A stretch of 64,000 nucleotides of DNA, taken from Mytilus trossulus. Lineage: Eukaryota. Numbering within the stretch: the first letter of the stretch is position 1; each line of letters starts with the position of its first letter. The stretch covers positions 11,160,001 to 11,224,000 of the forward strand of contig NC_086376.1 of the NCBI RefSeq assembly GCF_036588685.1. The letters are read 5' to 3'. The translations under genes were made by a program, and so were the position numbers. Below, piece by piece: positions 40,102 through 48,910 of this stretch. A model generated the notes under the pieces. The model did not search any database. It was given only the letters and a program-made list of their open reading frames with translations, and was not told the origin of the DNA.

Positions 40102-40706
40102 GGGAGCTTCCATTTGATTTTTAATGGGGGGGGGGGGGGGGGGGGGGGGGGCTAGAATGAAATTTGAAAAAGAGGGAGGACAGGGGTTTTGAGTGTAAAA
40201 AAAAGGCAGACAGGAGTTTCGAGTAAAAAAATAATGAATAAGAATGGAAACGGGGAATATGTCAAAGAGATAACAACCCGACCAAAACGTAGAAAACAGC
40301 TCAAGGCCACCAATGGGTCTTCAACATGCGAGAAATCCCGCACCCAGAGGAGGTCTTGAGTAGGCCCCGAAATCCTAATGTATACTAGATCAAGAAAATG
40401 GACGCCACTCTTCACTTCGAAACACAGAGATGAACTAAAAGTAAAAAAATATAAAAGACTAACAAAAGCTATAGGTACCTGACTTAGGACAGGCGCGAAC
40501 TGCGGTGGGGTTAAAAGGGCAGGATGAGCAATAATTATTGGCAAACAAACCCAGGATAAACTTGTAAAAAAAGGCAGGACCAAATATAGTGAAAATAAAA
40601 AGGCAGGACCGAGATAACAACTAAAAAAAATGCCGGACAAAATTTTTCATCCTAGCACCCCCCCCCCCCCCCCCCCCCCCCCCATTAAAATCAAATGGTT
40701 GCTCCC
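40102..40706. mobile_element. PIF/Harbinger-type MITE with poly-G/poly-C inside long TIRs, nested in the Sola2-like element
   Basis: TTA|GGGAGCTTCCATTTGATTTTTAAT-G27-CTAGAATGAAA ... TTTCATCCTAGCA-C26-ATTAAAATCAAATGGTTGCTCCC|TTA. It contains a dispersed-repeat copy at about 40237-40515 (AGAATGGAAA.GGGGAAT..GTCAAAGAGA.AACAACCCGACC, also at 30045 and on - at about 12750). Confidence 0.85.
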
Positions 40707-41027
40707 TTAATGAAATAAAAATATTATTCTATAATTCGTAAAAGATGATTTGACTTTAGGAAGTTCTGAAACAATCTAAAAGAAGAGTTACCATATTAGA
40801 TAATTTTCGTAGACAAAACAAGAGGCACCAATCCCTTCAAACAACCGAAATGATCTCTGGTGTTTCAGGAGAATGATTAGTTCCAAAAAAATAAAACACG
40901 AGACAAAAAAGACTCATATTTAATTATTGAATGTATTTATAAACCAACAATCAATTAAAATAATCGGACTTAAAAAAATCAGACCAAAATTTTGTGTACA
41001 TTCAAATATAAATATGCTTTCAGAAAT

Positions 41028-44000
41028 ATGAATAACAGAAAAAAAAGTAAACTTTCGGCTAAGGAAATACTTATTAGGAACAGAGAACGAAAAAGGCTTC
41101 AGAAAAATGAAACGAGTAGAAAATCTTATGGAAAGTTGTACAAGAATAAAGAGAGCGAGACAAAAACATATAGTCAAACGATTAATGCAAGAAAAAAGAG
41201 AGAACAAAGGGAGAAATCTAAGAAAATAAATGAAAGAAAACTGAAAAATAAAATGAATGTCCGTAAACACAGAGGTAAAAAAAATGTAGAACTTTCATCA
41301 ATGTCACTTGTTGTACCAGAAGGTTCAAATGTTTTCAAAAACAGAATGGAAAAGGCCAGAGCCCTAAGAAAATTTAAAGAAGGTTTACCAAAATCTCCAT
41401 CTAAACGATGCGCAGTTATATCGACTTATTTGGCCCGCAGATCCCCTCGATCGCCAACAATAGCTAATCTGAAACATTCAGTTTCGCCAGTTGAAATGGC
41501 CGTCGTTGCAGATATTCAAGAAATAATAAAATCTACAAAATTAAAGCGATCTAAGAATGCACGTTCGGTAATGAATTCTGTTACTGCATCAATCAGCGGG
41601 GAAAATTTAGCAAACTCGAGAGGTAAAATTAAACTGTGTAAAAATTTAGGTTTGCCAGCAAGAAGGGTTGCTGGAGGCCAGCGTATTAGGTCTAGAATTC
41701 TTAAAAGTGAATCGTCTGCATGGGCTCTTACGCAACAGAAAACAAGAAAAGATTCCATTTCAGAAGAAACAAAGAAAACAGTTTATAACTTTTGGCTCTC
41801 TGATGGCATATCACACCCGACCGGCAACAAATCCGATATCAAAAGAGAACGATTGGGACCAAACTTATATACTTCGCATATGACACACGTGCTGGAAAAA
41901 ACACAAACTGATGCGTATTTAGATTTTGTCGCCAAATATCCGGAAATTAAAATTGGACAAAGAGCATTTGAGAAACTTCGACCGTTTTTCGTAAGACCTG
42001 CATCTGAAAAAGATAGAAATACATGCTGTTGTAGATATCACGTGGAAGCAAACCTTGTTTTCAAAGCATGTATGAAGTTCAGAAAATCGTGTGACAGGGA
42101 AACCGATTCGCAAGAAAGTGACTATCCCGTATTTGAGAAAATGTCAGACCTTATACATATTACGCTATGTCCAAAAGTAAATGGATTTTATAGAAAAAAT
42201 TGTCTTGACCGAAAATGTAGCCTTTGCGGAGTTGGTAATTTCAAACTTTCACCCAACGAATCACAGTCGTCTTCAACTGTTGAATGGCAAAAATATGAAT
42301 ATATAACTGAAAAATCGAAGGGTAAAAATGTAAGGCGCCGACTGACCCTGATAAAAAAGAAAACTAGCGTAAACGAAATGTTTCTCAATTTAAAAAAGCT
42401 TCTCGAAACTTTCCCCGCTCACCAGCACCGATCAAACTGGCAAAGCAATCAACTTAAAAGTCTTGTTCAGAACTTGCCAGTCAATCATTGCATATGCATC
42501 CACGATTATTCGGAAAATTATCGCTGTGTCGAGAAAGAAGAAATCCAATCCAATTACTTCCAAAGAACTGAATGCAGCATTCATGTAACCGTCATGCACC
42601 GACACGCCATTTTAGAATACGATGGTGTAGACAGTACAGAAGAATTTCCGGAAATAATTACGGAACATTTTTTCGTAATTTCCCCGGACCTGCAACATGA
42701 TAATGATTTTACAAAATATGTCCAAAAGAAAGTTAAGGAATATTTAGATTCAATATCATACACAGTTGATCATATGCATGAATTCACAGACGGTTGTTCT
42801 AGCCAATATAAATCGCGGCACTGTTTAGGAAGTTTATCTACTGCCATCCCTGATTTCGGATATAAAACATTCCATAGAAATTTCTTTGAAACAAGCCATG
42901 CAAAAGGGCCTCAAGATGCCGCGGGGGGATTTATAAAAAGACAGGCGGACATATCTGTTCTACGTGGCAATACAGTGATTCAGAATGCGAAGGATTTATT
43001 TACGTTCTGCGAAAGTAGCCTTAAAAAGCCAAGAAGTGCATTATTTAAAAGAAGGGTATTTCGATATGTGGACTCAATTGATAGACACAATTCCAAAATA
43101 TTTAAGCCGATCCAGCAAAATAGACAAATACATCATGTTTTTACTAGTACATGTAATGAAATCATTGTTTCCAATCTCTCTTGTTACACGTGCGATCAAT
43201 GCATTTTGGGGAATTATCTTAACTGTTTAAATGTAGAAAATACCGGGGTAAAGAAAACTACATCTTCGCTAGCCAATGGTTACGATCCACTCCCGCTCTC
43301 TTCACCCTTGGCGGATTGAGATAAAATTTCGGAGACACAAGGTAAGGATTTTTATTGGTTGCAGTCAAAACTCACTGCATCCAATCAAAATGCGCCTGTA
43401 ACATGATCACGTGTAAATGTAGAAAGTGTTTGTAAACAATTGCCACGTGTTTTTTGTGCAACAAGCCTTTACATCCCTAAACATACGACTATATTTAGTG
43501 AAAACTTGAATGTTTTAATCAACAAATGGAAGTTCCTGTGTATGTTTCATGCACAAATGCATGAATGTTGACGCATGCTTTCATTTCCGGCTTTACCAAG
43601 TGTGTAGCATCTAGACGCTACCGTGTTTTTACCTCCAAGCTGAAGAGTTCAAGTGCTACCATTGGTCAAGACTAATGTATTCGGAATTGGCGTGGTTTTT
43701 ATCTTCCGATAGATGGCGCAACATTGTTATCACAAATGTTGGCTCAATCCGCCAAGGGTGAAGAGAGCGGGAGTGGATCGTAACCCTTGGCTAGCGAAGA
43801 TGAGAAAACTATTAAGCCACGCGAAATAACACAAACTTCTAACGAAGAAGAAGTAGCACAAGACACTGACATTCTTTCAGAAGACATATCAGATTTGGTA
43901 TCCATAAACTCTGTTGTGGCTGTCAAAACCGACGATGATAACTTTGACTATTATTTAATGAAAATTTCCAAAGGTTCACACGTATTGAATTCAGCAGAGA

Positions 44001-44242
44001 GTGACAGCTGGGGTGCTACATATCCCCCTGGATTCGAGGTTTTCCGGGGTCATTATTATGACAAAATCAGTGACAATGATCCGTTAAAATATAAACTTTT
44101 AAAGACAAAGACTGCTTTGGTACCGACGAAATCTCTGCTATACATACTTGCTGATGTAGATGCCTCTTATCGTATAACTATTTCAGAGGACATGCACCCA
44201 TCTAGACATTCTTTCTGTATTGGACAATTTGGATTGAAATAA
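41028..44242 (+). pseudogene. Sola2-type DDD transposase interrupted by a MITE (41028-43260 joined to 43812-44242; 887 aa when restored)
   Basis: Motifs TCCCRYH, HDYSENY, FTDGCSSQYKS, FFETSHAKGPQDAAGG, SCYTCDQC match the DFSENY / SDGCxxQxK / TSHGKGPxDG pattern I associate with Sola2 transposases. Basic N-terminus. Removing 43261-43811 restores VKKT-IKPREITQ in frame. A TTTCAG at 41018-41023 may be an acceptor for an upstream exon. Confidence 0.8.
43261..43802. mobile_element. 542-bp MITE with 60-bp TIRs and 9-bp TSD (MULE/Mutator-like by TSD length)
   Basis: TIR CATCTTCGCTAGCCAA(T/G)GGTTACGATCCACTCCCGCTCTCTTCACCCTTGGCGGATTGAG at 43261-43320 and inverted at 43743-43802 (59/60). Perfect TSD AGAAAACTA at 43252-43260 and 43803-43811. 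Confidence 0.93.
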
Positions 44243-44860
44243 GAATTAAATTATAAAACATCATGCACTGTTGTTTAGCCACTCATAAAATAGTTTAGTA
44301 GACCTTTCCGATTCAAATGAAATGATTCAACGTGGCTCTGCTTATAATTAAAAAATATAAAATATATAAAAATTGCGGTTTTTATCCAACGCAGTCATAG
44401 GTTTGAACGTAGTTTTCAATTTAGACTCGTATATATATATATATATACATTTTTCGTTAAATAAAATATACATGAATATCTTTACTGAAAAAAAATATTC
44501 CCATGAAAAAAAACCTGAATGAATCAATGCTTACACATTAGAAATCACATTAGAAAAACGTTACGTAAAAAACAAGAAAATAAGACGGCTTTTTGCTATA
44601 TTTCCGACGTTACGTTATTATCACCAGTATTTTGCGCGACGTCAAAATCAAAGCGAAGGTGAAAAAAAAGTTTGTGAAGTTAGGAAATTCAGTGAAGGCT
44701 ATAGTACTAGTAATTGTTTCACTATTGTTATATTGTTGTAATCATTTGACATAATGGGAAGGAATCTTTAAATCAGTCGAGTCGAATTTCAGATCGTGAT
44801 ATCTACATCATTTACTACATGGCAGACATGCTTTAGTTCCATATTTCGGTCAGTCTTAAT

Positions 44861-44942
44861 GTGAAGCATAGTTATTTTGGTCAACCATGAGGGTTTTATC
44901 TATTTTAATGCACGCATAGATAATTTCTTTTACGTATATAAA
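44861..44942 (+). promoter_or_regulatory. Gene D proximal promoter: GATA site, MRE core TGCACGC (44909-44915), TATA box TATATAAA (44935-44942)
   Basis: Conserved with the gene C promoter, including identical 26-nt MRE-start to TATA-start spacing. Confidence 0.65.
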
Positions 44943-44989
44943 GTTCTAACAGAGTTGTAGTTTATCATTCGATATACACAATTTAAACC

Positions 44990-47529
44990 ATGAAGATTGT
45001 AATTGCTTTTCTCGTTGTCTGTCTTTTGGGTAAGTAAACAAGTAATTTTTTTTATCAATGAACTTATTTAATGTGTATGTTGATTTATCATTGCAAGTAT
45101 ATTCACTACGAGTGGATAATTAATAATACTACAGACGAAATGGTTTGTTTTCAAAGAAAAATATTGCATCGCAGCAGGTTTTCAGAGATTGAGTCATTTT
45201 ATTTACTGAATGCTTCAAACCAATCCGACACCCAATAAACAAGCCTCTTACCACCGGAAGCGAGAAGTGACTATTGACTATTCACCTCAGTTCAAAATAA
45301 GTTTCAAGTGCTTTTTCGCTAAACCATTTGTAACGCATTTATAACATAATTGATGTTGAATTATGTGTTCGCCACTAGGTACTATGATTATCATTTTGAT
45401 GATAGTATTTCACGTAGAAGGTTCATCAAAACGGTCATCAAAATGTAACGAGGACGGTAAAATTTTTATTTTTTTTAATACTGAGAGGACAAATTGCATC
45501 GTTTATTATTGGCCATTCTTAAGATCATTCTTCTCTAGCACAGACATTTAACATTCAATTCTCTATAAAACAGTCATACATGTCAAATGTCAGAATAACT
45601 AATGCCTATATTTATGACTTTGTTCTCGCATGTACAGCATGTAAATATTCCAATAAGGAATTCTAACTCGACAAATTACATTAATACATGTTTGATTTCT
45701 TCCATGTTTAAAGTTGAAGTAATGATTTAGTTTTACTTTCTTTCAAGTCCATATGTGAAAAGTGTAAAGTAGAATGTACCACCATGGCATCAAAAGTGAA
45801 TAATGTTTGTAAATGTATGTGTAGGTTTAATCAGTGCCGAGGATTGTCCTACTAATAATCCTGACCGGGAATGTGACCACATGAAATGTGAAGATCATTG
45901 GCATAAGGCTTGTGTGTCAAGCACCTGCACCTGTCTACACAGTACTGATGGAGGACAAGGTATGAAAGATTCTAAATACGATATGTTTCGGTGATACCCA
46001 GCACCTTGACAAATATTAATTTGTCTAGTTTAATTTTCATAAAACTTTGACACAATGTATACTTTGACCCTTTGACAAAAATATAACAATTTCAAATAAT
46101 TTGAACAAACCACTATGTCAGAAAAAAAATGTTGGTTAAATAGCAATTTGACAAACACTAATTTTGATCTTTGAGAATCTTAATATTTCCTATAAAAAAC
46201 AACATGATTAAACATTGAAGCATTTGAAACATTTTATTGAAACATTTATTTCACTGAAGACCTCACATTAGGCATGATAGTACAACACTATAACAAATAA
46301 GAAATAATACATGAACAAACATAGTAAAACGATTAGCTGATTTTTACAGAGTTATCTCCCTGTAGTGTTAGGTAGCACCATATCTACAGATTACATATAC
46401 ATCTTTTAAAAGTTTTCATAATTTTCTAGAGGTCGCTCACATGTATTTTTTTTATACTGAAAAACGAAATTAAGACATATTTTAGAAATACCTTAATTAG
46501 TGAAATGATTTGAACTACGCACTCGAATAGACCATTTGATCACATTTGGAACACTTTGGAAAAATATTGTATGTGTATGGCATTGTTTCAATTGTTTTGC
46601 ACTATTTTCCCTGAATCTTTCCGTATGTTGTATCTTTCATAACGAGCAATGCTTCCCCTGTCTTGCTCCTTTTAAATTTCCTGTGATTAACTTCGTTTTT
46701 TCACGAGAAATGGATATTAATAAGCTCGGTTTTTTTCTCCGAGTAGTTTTAAAAGAAATAATTGCACTCTGGCATTAAAAGAAGTATGTGTCTGGTCAAA
46801 GACATCCATAAGCTATTTTTCTGTTTGGTAGTACTTTAAGTTTAAGATGTATTTGTTTGAAATAACGTGTGCTTGAAAATAAGAGGTGGATTTACTGAGG
46901 TATTAACATATGGTCATCACTTGGACATTTTCCTTTCCAAAAGTAAAACCTTTACTATAATAGGAAATTTTCTTGACAGTGTTGGATGTGTACATTCGGA
47001 ATGGATGTTTAATCAGATGCAAATCAGGAGAAGTGTCATGCTCTTTAACAGGTTCATAGTTGGTCTATCCAACATACCCTCATTCCCAATGGCAGTCCAA
47101 ATCCCACTTCATTATGTGCTCTCTCTACCTTGCAGAACCTAGTACCTTTTGTAAAATATATTAAGGTGGTCTCCTCCTGAATGTATAGTGTCAAGCATGC
47201 AATGATTAATCAATCAATCTTTTACATTTGATTTTGAAAAATATTTGTTTAAATCACCGCCATCTAAACTTTAGTGAATAATTGGTTCGTCAACTATATC
47301 TTCAAATGCAAATGATGACAGGTTAACTGGAACTATTGTTTGAAATCCGAACATGGTAGTATTTTTCACCATATACACATTTTTAAAGAAACAATATTAA
47401 ATAGAATCTGTTTCATGATTTATTTCAGCCTGCACAAGCAAAGCCGAGTGCGACGCCATAAATGGTTGGTCCTGTTCAAACTCACGCAGACATTGTGTTG
47501 ATGGTAGATGTAGATGTTCCAGATTTTAG
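44990..47529 (+). CDS. cvSI-2-like (I84) secreted 12-Cys peptide, gene D (His/Asp-rich subtype), 91 aa
   Basis: Exons 44990-45029, 45825-45959, 47429-47529 (276 nt, phase 1/1): MKIVIAFLVVCLLGLISA-EDCPTNNPDRECDHMKCEDHWHKACVSSTCTCLHSTDGGQACTSKAECDAINGWSCSNSRRHCVDGRCRCSRF*. Confidence 0.88.
45990..46379. mobile_element. Older copy of the 25202-25400 MITE family in gene D intron 2
   Basis: GGTGATACCCAGCACCTT...TTTAATTTTCAT.AAA.TTTGACA...TACTTTGACCCTTT...ATCTCCCT.TAGTGTTAGGTAGCACC is collinear with the gene B copy. Confidence 0.75.
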
Positions 47530-48677
47530 AGGATACAAGACAGAATAGTAATCATCTTGGAAAATGCAGGATATGTTTATACTTGAATGATTAAAGCAAT
47601 TACAAAAATTGAGAATGGATTTGTGTTCATATGCACAGAACGGATGATTGTTGAAAGAAATATTTGTTATATTGAAATGAATAATTTCTTATCTTATATT
47701 ATGAGATATGGTTTTATGTTAGATACTTAAATATTAGAACTTACACATTCATGATTATGTGTAGGTCTTTGCTTCAAACTACAAATTTTGAGACAGAATG
47801 GCAATATATATACACTCCAAGATCCATGCACAAGAAAGTGAAAATTTCATATCTTCTCTCAATTATAAAATGGTTAAGTAGTGCTATAAATCTGTCATTT
47901 CATACTGATAAGGCGACCGATAATATTACTTAACTAACAGATGTTTTAAACAAAAAATTGTAAAACTTTGAAAGTTTTAGGAAAATGCACAGGCACATTT
48001 GGGGTTGACCCTCCCCCCTTTTTTCTAAATTTAAAAAAAATTGGGAATATTCTTTGATGTATTCTGCCTTTCAAGATTTATTTGAAAACTAATTATTTTT
48101 AAATATGGTTTTTAAATTATTTTAATCTTGCAATTTATTGAAAAAAAATAATTTGTGAAAAAATCAAAATCACATATTTATAATGAAAAAAAAAACTTTT
48201 CTTGATTGGTATTGTGTATTTCATTTTTATCCCTTCTTGCAACAATTGTCACCTATAAATTGAGAGAGAAGCCATGTGGTGTCTGTGAACTAACATGATA
48301 TAATTGATGTTACAGTTTAATTTGAAAATATGGTGTTTTTTAAGTGGTGCAGGAGATAAGTTCACTTTTTATTCAACATCATTTTGATGCAAATTCTTGG
48401 GCTTAGTTCATAGACTGTATATGAGAAAGAGAACCAAAACTACGATATCAAAGTCATTAGTCGAAGAAAAAAAAACAATTTAAAAAGTAAAAGTTGAAAA
48501 AGCAATTATTACAAATGTAGTTTTTGTCAAAACAAACTTTATAAACTGTTTTGAATTTGAAGAAAGCATTCCTCAATTTCGAATGATGTTCTTCCAAGTC
48601 AAATCTATAGAGTACTAGAAGGATTTTTCTGTAAGGATGACGTATGAAAGTATGAAAGAAGCCATCATTTGGGAGTT

Positions 48678-48910
48678 ATCTCAATTGTGACCTTGCCATT
48701 ACTATATAGCAATATTCCAGTAGGGCCTGCCTATTAAGTATATTATATCTCCCAGTTGAAACGATGTTTAAAAGATCTTAAGAGCTTTCATTTCCTATCA
48801 TCATTTGTTGATAAGACTTTCAATGAATCTTTTAAACCAAGAGTTCCAAGTAGTGATTTTGACATCATTCCTTTAAAAATGTTATGGACGCCATTACGAG
48901 TTTGTTGTGC
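48678..48910 (+). pseudogene. Decayed Penelope-like RT fragment
   Basis: CAATTGTGACCTTGCCATTACTATATAGCAATATTCCAGTAGGGCCTGCCTAT (IVTLPLLYSNIPVGPAY) ... ATCTCCCAGTTGAAACGA (ISQLKR) is homologous to 36840-37040. Confidence 0.6.

Larger units (their letters stand above)
39159..44643 (+). mobile_element. Sola2-like DNA transposon, 5485 bp, with two nested MITEs
   Basis: TIRs GACGTCGCGCAAGATACTGGTGACAA (39159-39184) and TTATCACCAGTATTTTGCGCGACGTC (44618-44643), 24/26 matching. Flanks TAAA / AAAA are a possible 4-bp TSD with one mismatch. Encloses a DDD-type transposase ORF. Confidence 0.8.

Noticed and set aside
40152-43230. Antisense and alternate-frame ORFs over the transposon (40152-40640, 40920-41270, 41516-41758 and others)
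   Set aside because: Low-complexity shadows of the A-rich transposase strand or of MITE sequence.
43744-44242. ORFs 43787-44242 (+) and 43744-43926 (-) as separate genes
   Set aside because: The first is the displaced C-terminus of the transposase with a TIR-derived start; the second reads through the MITE TIR.
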